64,000 bases of DNA from Candidatus Jorgensenbacteria bacterium (GTDB lineage Bacteria > Patescibacteriota > Minisyncoccia > UBA6257 > GWB1-50-10): contig JAUSHK010000003.1 in assembly GCA_030648515.1 (NCBI GenBank), forward strand, positions 44,710-108,709, written 5' to 3'. Below, piece by piece: positions 46,201-55,015 of the stretch. The notes beneath the pieces were generated by a model, which saw only the letters and a list, made by a program, of their open reading frames with translations, was not told the DNA's origin and made no database searches. The stretch's first letter is position 1; the number at the start of each line of letters is the position of its first letter. The position numbers were made by a program, and so were the translations under genes.

Positions 46201-46244
46201 AAAAAGCCCGCCAGTGCGGCGGGCTTTTTATAAACTAAGAAAAA

Positions 46245-48311
46245 TTAACTGGCCGGCTTCCCCATTGCTTTAAGCGAAAGGCCGATCTTACCTTCGGGAT
46301 CTACGCGGATAACTTTTGCCGTTACGCGGTCTCCGATGTGCAGTACATCCTCCACTCGTTTTGTGAATCCTTCCTTAAGTTCCGAAACGTGAATCATACC
46401 GTCTTTCCCGCCGCCCAAGTCAACAATCGCGCCGAACTCAAGAATTCTCACAATCGGGCCTTCAATAATTTCGCCGACCGTGTATTCCCTCGTGAGTCCC
46501 TTAACTATCGCGAATGCTTTTTCAACCGCGACGCGATCAGTGCCAGACACAAACACGTATCCTTCCGCCTGCCCGTTTTCTTGTTCAATATCAATCGCGA
46601 CGTTTTCGCCGACATCTGAAATAATTCCTTTGATAGTCCGTCCGCCCGGCCCGATGAGCAAGCCGATTTTATCCTGAGGAATCGGAATCTTCATAATAAT
46701 CGGCGCGTAGCTTGAAACGGTTTCGCGGTATTTGGGAAGTGTCTTTTCCATCACGTCCAAAATATGGAATCGCGCTTTCTGTGCCGCGGCGAGCCCGTCG
46801 GCAAAAATTTTTGCGTCAATGCCGTTGATTTTCACGTCCATCTGAATCGCAGTTATTCCGTCGCGTGTTCCGGCAATCTTAAGATCCATGTCGCCATAGT
46901 GGTCCTCCGGTCCTTGAATGTCGGTAAGTATTTTATATTCGCGCTCGTCAGACATAAGGCCAATCGCGATTCCGGCGACGAGTTTTTTGATCGGCACGCC
47001 GGCATCCATAAGCGAAAGGCACGCGGCGCACGTTGATGCCATTGATGACGATCCGTTTGAAGAAAGTGTTTCAGCAACGACGCGGATTGCGTACGGAAAC
47101 TCGTCCTTTGACGGAATCATATTAATAAGCGCTTTGAGCGCGAGCGCGCCGTGCCCAATTTCTCTTCGTCCTGGACCGCGCGATTGCTTTATCTCCCCCG
47201 TCGCGAAGCTCGGGAAGTTGTAGTGGAGCATAAACCGTTTCTTTCCCGAAAACTCAATCGTCTCAATTAGTTGTTCGGCGGCCGGCGAGCCGAGAGTTGT
47301 AACCGCGAGAATTTGCGTTGTGCCGCGCATGAAAATCGCCGAGCCGTGTGTCCGTTCTAAAATTCCAACCTCAGCATAAAGATCGCGCACTTCGTCAAAT
47401 TTCCGTCCGTCGGGGCGCTTTCCTTTTTTGATTGCTTCTGTGTGCACGAATGCGTCAATGTAATCTTCAAAGATTCCAAGCATGAGCGCTTTATTGAGCC
47501 CGGTTTCTGATTCTGCCTGTTTGAAAAGCTCGTCCTTCAAAGCATCAAGCGTTTTTTCCCGCATCGCTGTTTCGAGTTTGTCGCTCAAAAACTTTTGCAC
47601 GAAAGAAAGCGTCTCTTGGTCGGGCTCGGGAAGCGCGACGTTCTCTTTCGGTTTTCCGATTTCCTTAATGATTGCTTTCTGGAATGTTACAAGTTCGCCG
47701 ATTTTTTTCTGGGCGTCGGCAAAAAGCTTAGCCGCAAGATTTTCCTGGATTTCTTTTCCTTCAAGCTCAATCATATTGATCTGAGTTTCCGTGCCGGCAA
47801 ACGTTGATGTGTAAAAAGCATCGGATTCGCGCGGTTCTGACGACGCGAGTTTCACGCCGGCAACCGGCCCGCCCCACGGAATATTTGAAACTCCGAGCGC
47901 GGCGGATGCCGCAATGAGCGAAATGATATCGGGGTCGTTTTTCTCATCGTACGCGAGAACCGTCACGACGATTTTAACTTCGCGCCGCAAACGCGGGTCA
48001 AAAAGCGGCCGCATAGTGCGGTCAATAAGGCGGCCCGAAAGAATCGCGTCATCCGACGCCTTTCCTTCGCGCCGTATAAACCTGCTTCCCAATATTTTCC
48101 CGGCCGCGTAAAACCGCTCTTCGTAATCAACGGAAAGCGGGAAAAAATCTCCGCTTACGTCATTTTTCCCCATCACCGCGGTTACTAAAACTGCGGTCTG
48201 CCCCAATCTCCCGATAACGGCCGCGTTTGCCTGTCCCGCAAGTTCTGAAAACTCCAAGCTCAGATCCTCGCCGTCAAGCGTGGTTTTATATGTCTTCCGG
48301 TTTAAGTTCAT
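46245..48311 (-). CDS. pnp: polyribonucleotide nucleotidyltransferase (PNPase)
   Basis: two RNase PH domains, KH and S1 C-terminal domains. Confidence 0.9.
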   Translation of the reverse strand: MNLNRKTYKTTLDGEDLSLEFSELAGQANAAVIGRLGQTAVLVTAVMGKNDVSGDFFPLSVDYEERFYAAGKILGSRFIRREGKASDDAILSGRLIDRTMRPLFDPRLRREVKIVVTVLAYDEKNDPDIISLIAASAALGVSNIPWGGPVAGVKLASSEPRESDAFYTSTFAGTETQINMIELEGKEIQENLAAKLFADAQKKIGELVTFQKAIIKEIGKPKENVALPEPDQETLSFVQKFLSDKLETAMREKTLDALKDELFKQAESETGLNKALMLGIFEDYIDAFVHTEAIKKGKRPDGRKFDEVRDLYAEVGILERTHGSAIFMRGTTQILAVTTLGSPAAEQLIETIEFSGKKRFMLHYNFPSFATGEIKQSRGPGRREIGHGALALKALINMIPSKDEFPYAIRVVAETLSSNGSSSMASTCAACLSLMDAGVPIKKLVAGIAIGLMSDEREYKILTDIQGPEDHYGDMDLKIAGTRDGITAIQMDVKINGIDAKIFADGLAAAQKARFHILDVMEKTLPKYRETVSSYAPIIMKIPIPQDKIGLLIGPGGRTIKGIISDVGENVAIDIEQENGQAEGYVFVSGTDRVAVEKAFAIVKGLTREYTVGEIIEGPIVRILEFGAIVDLGGGKDGMIHVSELKEGFTKRVEDVLHIGDRVTAKVIRVDPEGKIGLSLKAMGKPAS

Positions 48312-48335
48312 TTATTTGTTGTTTTTATTCGCTGA

Positions 48336-48863
48336 TTACTTTCTTTCTTGTTTCCGCTTGTTTATCTTCAAAAGAATCTTTTGGATTTTTTCAATTTCAA
48401 TAAACGTGTCAGCCGCTTCTTTGAGCCGGCTCGACGTCGTGCGCGAAAAGGCCGCGACTTCAACCTGCTTGCCCATCCCCCACTTGAGGTATTCGACGAG
48501 CGGCACGAAGTCGCCGTCGCCGGTCACGAGAATCACGACATCAAGCGCAGGCGCCATGCGGATCGCGTCAACCGCGAGCCCTACGTCCCAATCGCCTTTT
48601 TTGACGCCTCCCGCGAATATCTGCAAATCTTTTACGCGCAAATCAATGCCGGTTTTTTCAAGCGCGTCAAAAAACGACTCTTCGCCAAGCGCCGTTTCGC
48701 TCTTCACGACATACGCGAACGCCCGGACAAGCGGGCGATCCGAAACGAGTGACTTCATCAACTCCTGAAAATTAACGCGCGAGCCGTAAAGGTTTTTCGC
48801 GGAGTGATAAATGTTTTGGACGTCTATAAAAATTCCTACGCGGTGGTTTGGATAAATGTGCAT
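48336..48863 (-). CDS. NYN/LabA-like nuclease-fold domain protein
   Basis: VGIFIDVQN..VILVTGDGDF motifs of NYN domain; between rpsO and pnp. Confidence 0.6.
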   Translation of the reverse strand: MHIYPNHRVGIFIDVQNIYHSAKNLYGSRVNFQELMKSLVSDRPLVRAFAYVVKSETALGEESFFDALEKTGIDLRVKDLQIFAGGVKKGDWDVGLAVDAIRMAPALDVVILVTGDGDFVPLVEYLKWGMGKQVEVAAFSRTTSSRLKEAADTFIEIEKIQKILLKINKRKQERK

Positions 48864-48872
48864 GAATTGCTG

Positions 48873-49148
48873 TTACGCCTCAATCGCGAGTTTCTTCGCG
48901 AGCTTTTCGTATTTCTTCTCGTTCGTGTGTTTTAAATATTCCAAAAACTTCCTCCGCTTCCCTACCATCATAATAAGCCCGCGGCGCGAGTGATGATCCT
49001 TCGCGTTTTTCTTTAAATGGTTCGCGAGTTCGCTGATACGCTTCGTAAGAATGCCGATTTGCACCTCCGCCGAGCCGGTATCCCGATCGTGTTTTTGGTG
49101 TTCTTTTATGACCGTCTGCTTTTTACGTTTAGTAAGCATATATCTCAA
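48873..49148 (-). CDS. rpsO: 30S ribosomal protein S15 (true start probably at second Met, 49139)
   Basis: DTGSAEVQIGILT..HLKKNAKDHHSRRGL conserved S15 core. Confidence 0.8.
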   Translation of the reverse strand: MRYMLTKRKKQTVIKEHQKHDRDTGSAEVQIGILTKRISELANHLKKNAKDHHSRRGLIMMVGKRRKFLEYLKHTNEKKYEKLAKKLAIEA

Positions 49149-49242
49149 TCGTACCGCAAATATGTTTGATTGTCAAAATTCCGTCCGAAATGGTGCCTGC
49201 CCCGTTTCCAACGGGTGTCGCACAATAATGTACAATAAAGAT

Positions 49243-50139
49243 ATGACAGAGATTGAAAAATTGATGCAGGATTACCTTTCCTATCTTGAAATTGAAAAAA
49301 ACCGCTCCCGAAAAACGCAGGAAAATTATGGGCGCTACCTCAAGGTTTTCATAAAGGAATCAGGAATACGATCGGCGCGCGACATAACGCAGGACACGGT
49401 CCGCAATTTCCGATTGAAACTCGCAAAAGGAGATACTAAAAAAATAACGCAGAGCTATTACGTTATCGCGATACGCAGCTTCTTAAAATATCTCATAAAG
49501 CGCGGGATGAAAGCGCTCTCTCCTGAGATGATTGAACTGCCTAAGGTAACGCGGCGGGAAATAGAAGTATTGAGTTATGACGAGCTTGAGCGGCTCGTTG
49601 GCACTCCTGCCGGAAGCGATATTCGTTCGCTCCGCGACAGGGCGATTTTAGAAACGCTGTTTTCAACCGGCCTCCGCCTTTCGGAGCTCTGCTCGCTTGA
49701 TAGGTATATTGATTGGAAACGCGGCGAGATTTCAATCCGCGGAAAAGGCGACAAATTGCGCGTTGTGTTCCTCTCCCCTACCGCGAAGGAAAAACTCAAA
49801 GCGTATCTTGATAAGCGCACCGACACGGAAGAAGCGCTCTTTGTAAGCATTTCAAAAGCCAAAGTCCCGAAAGTTTTGGGACGCGTAATTCCGCGCGCGG
49901 TGGAGCGCCTTGTTGATTTTTATGCGCGCAAAGCCGGTATCGCTAAAAAAGTGCATCCGCATCTCTTGCGTCACTCGTTTGCCACCGACTTATTAGTAAA
50001 CGGCGCCGATCTCCGCTCGGTGCAGGAACTCCTTGGCCACGCGAATATCGCGACAACCCAAATCTACACACATCTCACAAATAAAGAGCTCCGCGAAGTC
50101 CACTCCGCCTTTCACGGCGTAAGGAGAAAGGAGAAATAG
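49243..50139 (+). CDS. tyrosine site-specific recombinase XerC/XerD family (start at internal Met; track ORF extends to 49051)
   Basis: R..H..R..Y catalytic motifs (LLRHSFAT, LLGHANIATTQIYTHL). Confidence 0.75.
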   Translation: MTEIEKLMQDYLSYLEIEKNRSRKTQENYGRYLKVFIKESGIRSARDITQDTVRNFRLKLAKGDTKKITQSYYVIAIRSFLKYLIKRGMKALSPEMIELPKVTRREIEVLSYDELERLVGTPAGSDIRSLRDRAILETLFSTGLRLSELCSLDRYIDWKRGEISIRGKGDKLRVVFLSPTAKEKLKAYLDKRTDTEEALFVSISKAKVPKVLGRVIPRAVERLVDFYARKAGIAKKVHPHLLRHSFATDLLVNGADLRSVQELLGHANIATTQIYTHLTNKELREVHSAFHGVRRKEK

Positions 50140-50165
50140 CTTTGGTACTTGTGGTTAACCCTTAA

Positions 50166-50759
50166 TTAAGCTTTAGCATCCTTATCATTTTCTTCTTTTG
50201 TTTTTTGCAAGATAGACCGCAATTGTTCTGTATATCCATTTATTCTTTCATATTCTTGACCATCCGTTGTTCTTGTTTTTCCCTCAATGAAATCATATCT
50301 GATATCTGCAAAATCTTCTATATAAATTTCTTTTTTATCGGTAGTTATAAATATATATTTATCCCCATTCTTGGTGATTGTATTTATGCCTAATTTTAGT
50401 AATTCGGCATTTCCTATGTCCTTGCCCATTTTTTCTATGTTATGCAATAAAGCTTTCAATTTTTTATTGACTTCATTTTTATTCAAAAAATTATCCTTCA
50501 TTACAATTCTGGATTTTAAGATTAATTCGGTGTTATAAGACAATAAAATATAAAGGGATCTTAAATAAGCTGAACCGTCGAGCCGACATCTTTCTGAGTC
50601 TAAGTAGTTTTTTATAAAAGAAAGTCCAGTAGAAGCCCTGGTTGCCATACGAAACGCAATATCATATTTTTCTTTTTTATTCATTTTTTCTTTTATTATT
50701 TTAAATCTTATGAGTAAAATAAAGGCAAAAGTTATTATTGCGTCTTTTACTTTTTTCAC
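50166..50759 (-). CDS. hypothetical protein in low-GC cassette
   Basis: 197-aa ORF in ~30% GC segment, 4-nt overlap with upstream partner gene. Confidence 0.4.
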   Translation of the reverse strand: MKKVKDAIITFAFILLIRFKIIKEKMNKKEKYDIAFRMATRASTGLSFIKNYLDSERCRLDGSAYLRSLYILLSYNTELILKSRIVMKDNFLNKNEVNKKLKALLHNIEKMGKDIGNAELLKLGINTITKNGDKYIFITTDKKEIYIEDFADIRYDFIEGKTRTTDGQEYERINGYTEQLRSILQKTKEENDKDAKA

Positions 50760-51067
50760 ACCTTTAAATTTACTAAAAAGGAAACCAGCTCAACTTTTGT
50801 CTTAAATCTTTTAATAATATCCAACGCTATTTGTTCAAGTGGACTACCTAAAAAATCAGTTTTCAGTATGGGAAAACATTTTTCAATAACCGATGGATTA
50901 TCGCATCTCCAAATTAATTTAGGAAAAATAAAAAATATTTGCTCATAAATTTTGATTCCAGAAATTGAATTGCCAATCGTTACCTTTTCATTACTGTCTA
51001 AAAGTAATTCTATTTCGCTGGGATAAATTGATGTGCTGTCTTGATATGTGTGAATAATTTTGCCCAT
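50756..51067 (-). CDS. hypothetical protein in low-GC cassette
   Basis: 103-aa ORF, translationally coupled to 50166..50759. Confidence 0.4.
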   Translation of the reverse strand: MGKIIHTYQDSTSIYPSEIELLLDSNEKVTIGNSISGIKIYEQIFFIFPKLIWRCDNPSVIEKCFPILKTDFLGSPLEQIALDIIKRFKTKVELVSFLVNLKV

Positions 51068-51111
51068 GTTTTTGAAATTATTTTTTTACTAATGTTAATT
51101 ATTTCTTCCTG

Positions 51112-51193
51112 TGCCTCCGAGAGGATTTGAACCTCTAACCCTTGCGGGACAGCGTCCTAAGCGCTGCGCGTATGCCAGTTCCGCCACGGAGGC
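51112..51193 (-). tRNA. tRNA-Leu (anticodon TAG), long variable arm
   Basis: 82-nt cloverleaf by hand: acceptor GCCTCCG/CGGAGGC, 3-bp D stem, anticodon loop CTTAGGA, 13-nt variable arm hairpin, T-loop TTCAAAT. Confidence 0.8.
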
Positions 51194-51280
51194 ATGAACC
51201 CCGTGTAGTTACATAACTATTTACGGGGTAACCCTGATTTCATGGGCTAATTCCCCTCATAATACCAGCGTTTCTGCTAT

Positions 51281-51309
51281 TTGACAAATAAAGTTTTTCG
51301 CGGTATTAT
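51281..51309 (+). promoter_or_regulatory. near-consensus sigma70 promoter TTGACA-N17-TATTAT
   Basis: exact -35, 17-nt spacer, 5/6 -10; ~58 nt upstream of ATG 51368 with AAAGGAG RBS. Confidence 0.6.
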
Positions 51310-51367
51310 TTTAATAGAAACTTAATTCATTAAATACGAGACAAAATTATAAGAAAGGAGTTGTGCT

Positions 51368-51769
51368 ATGGAAAAGGTAAACATGGGTTTTTCAAAACTG
51401 TTAAAACTACTAACAATGACTGACTGTAAGAAAGATATCGAAAAATTTAAGGAAGAAATGTTGATACTCGGTCTCTCTATAGAATTCATATGCAATCCAA
51501 CCGTTTTATCAGAGTTGACAATTGATGGTTCAGGCAACAACCCAGAGATTGATCGTGGTTCAATAAATTCTTCCGACCTCGATGATAGAATCCTTCCATG
51601 TATTACTTTAGGAAGTGCGGAGAAAATCCAGAAGTTTTTAGAAGAAAATCACGCAGATGGGGCGTTGGTACTTTCGGGACTAATAAATGGAAATAGGTAT
51701 GACGGATATATATTTTCCATTACAATCCAGCCATATAAGTTAATTCGCCAAGGCGGAAAAGATTCATAA
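51368..51769 (+). CDS. hypothetical protein
   Basis: 133 aa, strong RBS and consensus promoter, followed by terminator. Confidence 0.45.
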   Translation: MEKVNMGFSKLLKLLTMTDCKKDIEKFKEEMLILGLSIEFICNPTVLSELTIDGSGNNPEIDRGSINSSDLDDRILPCITLGSAEKIQKFLEENHADGALVLSGLINGNRYDGYIFSITIQPYKLIRQGGKDS

Positions 51770-51843
51770 CGGCCTTTTGTGTAGAGTTAGGATACAATTT
51801 TATTCATGGTATAAATTAGTAGTAGTGCTAACTTTCTAAAATA

Positions 51844-51872
51844 CTCCCTTGTTAACAGCAAGGGAGTTTTTA
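51844..51872 (+). terminator. rho-independent terminator
   Basis: stem ctcccttg/caagggag, then TTTTTATT. Confidence 0.65.
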
Positions 51873-51957
51873 TTAGTAAATTCTACTATTTCAGTTGCGC
51901 CATAAAATACCGCATTTTTCCTAGGTTTTCTACATAATAACACCAATTTTTCGCTGT

Positions 51958-51986
51958 TTGACAAATCCGTGCTCTCGTGCTAGAAT
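51958..51986 (+). promoter_or_regulatory. consensus sigma70 promoter TTGACA-N17-TAGAAT
   Basis: exact -35, 17-nt spacer, 5/6 -10; upstream sequence duplicates that of promoter at 51281. Confidence 0.6.
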
Positions 51987-52037
51987 ATGACCAGTTATTA
52001 AACAATTAAAAACTCTAATTTAAGAAAGGAAAAATCA

Positions 52038-53138
52038 ATGAAAGCAGAGATAATAAATTTTCTGAAAGGAACGCTTTCGAAAGTTGTTACAAGCGGCGAA
52101 AAGTTTCTGGAGAAACCAAGGCCGCTTTTGCTGCCAGGAACAATCTTTTTTGCAGTAGCGGGTATTCTTGAGGTATGTATTTACTACGCGGCAAACGTGT
52201 TTGGCCTCCCGTGGTTTGTTGAATTAATGTGTCTTGTGGGCGGCGTAATTATTATAATTATTGCCACACTTTTTCTCACTATAAGCATCCCAGCGTACAA
52301 CTTCGGAGTAGTTGAACGATTTGGAAAACGTACAAGAGTGTTGTATGAAGGACTAAATCTTCGCTTACCATTTGAGGAGGTAAAATTTATTTCCATGGAG
52401 GTTATCTCCGTAGAAGTAAAAACTGGATTTACCACTTTTGATAAGCTTCACTTAACATGTGTTGGTTCGCTTCAATATAGGGCAAATCCAGATGTTAGGG
52501 ATGAAGAAAATCGTAATGTTTTCGTAACAATGTCGGAAAGCATTATTAAGAGTGGTATTGTGGCCGGAATAGAAGCGAAGTTAGGAGCGTTGGGTGGTGT
52601 ATATAAAGGAGAGGATTTCATACAATCGCGCCACGCAATTGCCGACATTATCAACGCTTTTCTTCGTCTGGGAACACTTCCACATGAAGAACATCAAAAA
52701 AACGGTTGTGGTGTTCAAGATTGTAAATTTATAGGGCAGAGAGTGGAAGCAAAAGATCTAATAGAATTCTACAATTCTCACTGGGATTGGATCAAGAAAA
52801 TGCTTTCTGAAACGCAGGGAAGTTCTCAGTCGGGAATCGAAACGTTGTACGGAATTGATATTAGGAAGTTTGAACTTTCCGACATTTCTTTCGAGAAAGA
52901 AACAAAAGAAGCGTTTGAGAAAGAACAACAGGTAAAAGCTAAGAAAAATGCATACCTGACCAAATTAGCAATGGCTAAAATCACTATGCGTAAACTTGGC
53001 GCATCACCTCAAGTTGCCTTGAATAGCGTGGATGTTGCGCTTGATCCTCAGGTAAAGAAAAGCGTAGTTTCTGTGGAAGGAGAAATTGGGGTATTGGGTG
53101 GATTACTTGGAAAATTAACAAATGAAGGAGGGAGGTAA
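52038..53138 (+). CDS. SPFH/Band-7 (stomatin/HflK-like) domain membrane protein
   Basis: N-terminal TM helices then YNFGVVERFGK..LNLRLPFEEV SPFH core. Confidence 0.6.
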   Translation: MKAEIINFLKGTLSKVVTSGEKFLEKPRPLLLPGTIFFAVAGILEVCIYYAANVFGLPWFVELMCLVGGVIIIIIATLFLTISIPAYNFGVVERFGKRTRVLYEGLNLRLPFEEVKFISMEVISVEVKTGFTTFDKLHLTCVGSLQYRANPDVRDEENRNVFVTMSESIIKSGIVAGIEAKLGALGGVYKGEDFIQSRHAIADIINAFLRLGTLPHEEHQKNGCGVQDCKFIGQRVEAKDLIEFYNSHWDWIKKMLSETQGSSQSGIETLYGIDIRKFELSDISFEKETKEAFEKEQQVKAKKNAYLTKLAMAKITMRKLGASPQVALNSVDVALDPQVKKSVVSVEGEIGVLGGLLGKLTNEGGR

Positions 53139-53140
53139 TT

Positions 53141-53548
53141 ATGTCTCACGTCATTAATGGGAAAGGAAATGCTTCCCCAAAAGCACTCAAGGTACTAATC
53201 GGAAGCCTCGTGATTATTATAATCGCGGTTGTGGTAATAATGTGGATTTACAGTGCGGCAAATAATCAAAAATCAAGCGCACAGCAACCATTCGAACAGG
53301 CGGAAATTGTTTTAGCGCTGGGACAATTCAAGGACTTTAAGTTAAGTTCGGCGTGGACGCCACGGATTAGTACGCCGCCAGGAAGTCGGTACCTCTTTTA
53401 CATCGAAGACTCCACATTTATTTTGTTTGCGAACGGAAAATTAGACACATTAGTTCCGGGAAACATAAATGTTAATCTTGGAACAAAGAGAGGAATCTTT
53501 AGGTTAAGCGGTAAGGGTGTAACAACAGTAGAGGCGCGCAATATGTAG
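53141..53548 (+). CDS. small membrane-anchored beta-rich protein, NfeD-like partner of SPFH protein
   Basis: one TM then ~90-aa beta-rich domain; 2-nt spacing after SPFH gene with GGAGG RBS. Confidence 0.35.
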   Translation: MSHVINGKGNASPKALKVLIGSLVIIIIAVVVIMWIYSAANNQKSSAQQPFEQAEIVLALGQFKDFKLSSAWTPRISTPPGSRYLFYIEDSTFILFANGKLDTLVPGNINVNLGTKRGIFRLSGKGVTTVEARNM

Positions 53549-53560
53549 TAAAAAATTAAC

Positions 53561-53598
53561 CCCCAAGAAAGGCAGGATCTTTCTTGGGGCGTTTTATT
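53561..53598 (+). terminator. rho-independent terminator of SPFH operon
   Basis: 11-bp stem ccccaagaaag/ctttcttgggg then TTTTATTT. Confidence 0.65.
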
Positions 53599-53600
53599 TA

Positions 53601-53640
53601 GCGACAAATAAAAACCCCCGAAAGGAATTTCGGGGGTTTC
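53601..53640 (-). terminator. rho-independent terminator of minus-strand pilin-like operon
   Basis: stem cccccgaaa/tttcggggg, GGAA loop; on minus strand followed by TTTTTATTT. Confidence 0.6.
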
Positions 53641-53656
53641 AACTTACAAAACCGGT

Positions 53657-54100
53657 CTAGAAACTTGGTCCGCCAGGTACTCCTCTTTGATCGGGTGGGG
53701 TTGCATTAAAATTTCCTGGCTGGCCTAGTATAGGCGAACCAAAGTTGTTAATAGAAGGTTGCGATGTGTCCGCAGTGCCCGCCCCTAAAATGTTTTGCGT
53801 AAACGCAATAATGCCTTTTGCAAGAATTGCGATCGCAACCGCAATCACGGCATACACAATTTGTTTCTTTGCTTTCTCAAGCTTCTCTGTGTCCCCTTGC
53901 GAAAAAAGAAACATATACGCGGCGTATACAATAAAGAGTACCGCAAGAATGAGAAGAAGATAATACGCCCAATTGGTTATGCTTACGATTAGATTAACGA
54001 CTCCTTGTGGCGTATCAACTGCATGAGAAACCTGCGCCAACGCGAACGTTGGCGCAGATAACGCAAGAAACGTAATACTGTTTTTTATGCCTTTCAACAT
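53657..54100 (-). CDS. VirB2/TrbC-like pilin-family small secreted double-helix protein (paralog 4)
   Basis: signal peptide, hydrophobic helix, SQGDTEK loop, second helix; Gly/Pro/Asn-rich mature N-terminus. Confidence 0.45.
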   Translation of the reverse strand: MLKGIKNSITFLALSAPTFALAQVSHAVDTPQGVVNLIVSITNWAYYLLLILAVLFIVYAAYMFLFSQGDTEKLEKAKKQIVYAVIAVAIAILAKGIIAFTQNILGAGTADTSQPSINNFGSPILGQPGNFNATPPDQRGVPGGPSF

Positions 54101-54113
54101 CGAGGAATTTTAT

Positions 54114-54482
54114 TTATCGGCCAAGCGGTGTTGCTGTGCCCTGGCCAAAGAAATTAAGGACAAAACCGACCATTCCTTTCGCGAGAATCGCGATTGCTAT
54201 TGCAATGACAGCGGCAATAATCATCTGCCTCGCCTTTCCTGTTTTTTCTTCATCACCTCCGGAGGTGAGATAGAGGAATGCTGCATAAACAATGAAAATG
54301 ACGGCGAGAATGAGAAGGATGTAAAACATCCAATTCACTATGGCATTACCAAGGCTTGAGATTTGGCCAGACGTGCCATAATCCGCTGTGTTTGGGAGAT
54401 TGAAGCCCCCCGGACCTGCCTGCGCGCCCGCAATAACCGGCAAAACAGCCGCTCCCAGCCCCCACATAATTTTTTTAAACAT
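54114..54482 (-). CDS. VirB2/TrbC-like pilin-family protein (paralog 3)
   Basis: same module: ..IVYAAFLYLTSGGDEEKTGKARQMIIAAVIAIAIAILAKG. Confidence 0.45.
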   Translation of the reverse strand: MFKKIMWGLGAAVLPVIAGAQAGPGGFNLPNTADYGTSGQISSLGNAIVNWMFYILLILAVIFIVYAAFLYLTSGGDEEKTGKARQMIIAAVIAIAIAILAKGMVGFVLNFFGQGTATPLGR

Positions 54483-54534
54483 TTTTTTGATTTTTATTAG
54501 TGTAATCCTCGACCTTTCAGGATTATTTCAATTA

Positions 54535-55002
54535 CTATGATACATTCAGCATGTATTGAATAAGCGAAGTAATGCTTTTTGCAAGTATGATTATACCATA
54601 CCCTATCACGGTGTATAGAATCGTCTGCCTGCCCCTTTTAAACCGTTCAGGATCGCCGCCAGAAAAAAGCATCTGAAAAGCGCCGATGATAATCATAAGC
54701 ACAGCGATTGCCCCGCCGAGTGTTATAAGCCAGCCGACAATTGAATCAAGAAGAGAATAAATTGTGGTGTTTTGACCGAGAGGGTTTTGGAGTCCCTGTA
54801 AAGCGCTTGAGTTTGTCCCATAACCAGCTGCGGGAGGGTTTGTTCTGTAGCCAGTTGCAGGCGGATTTACACCGCCGCCCGCAGCGGGCGGATTTGTCAA
54901 GTAGCCAGTTTGTGCCAAAACAAAACTTGGGCCAATGACTATTAAAATTGTCAATGCTGTAAGGAAAACAACAAAACTACTTTTTTTTGCACCGCACTTC
55001 AT
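54535..55002 (-). CDS. VirB2/TrbC-like pilin-family protein (paralog 2)
   Basis: same module with PPAAG repeats in mature N-terminal region; hairpin downstream at 54485..54510. Confidence 0.45.
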   Translation of the reverse strand: MKCGAKKSSFVVFLTALTILIVIGPSFVLAQTGYLTNPPAAGGGVNPPATGYRTNPPAAGYGTNSSALQGLQNPLGQNTTIYSLLDSIVGWLITLGGAIAVLMIIIGAFQMLFSGGDPERFKRGRQTILYTVIGYGIIILAKSITSLIQYMLNVS

Positions 55003-55015
55003 TGGTTAGATTATA

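Noticed and set aside
48280-48768. Plus-strand ORFs overlapping the NYN-domain gene
   Set aside because: Antisense to an ORF with conserved NYN motifs and operon context (rpsO-NYN-pnp).
49051-49242. N-terminal extension of the recombinase ORF overlapping rpsO
   Set aside because: Antisense overlap with the well-supported S15 gene. Xer-family N-terminus (MTEIEKLMQDYLSYLEIEK) starts at the Met at 49243.
51112-51193. Whether the tRNA-Leu gene encodes CCA
   Set aside because: 3' flank is CAGG, not CCA, so CCA is presumably added post-transcriptionally. This is not evidence against the tRNA call.
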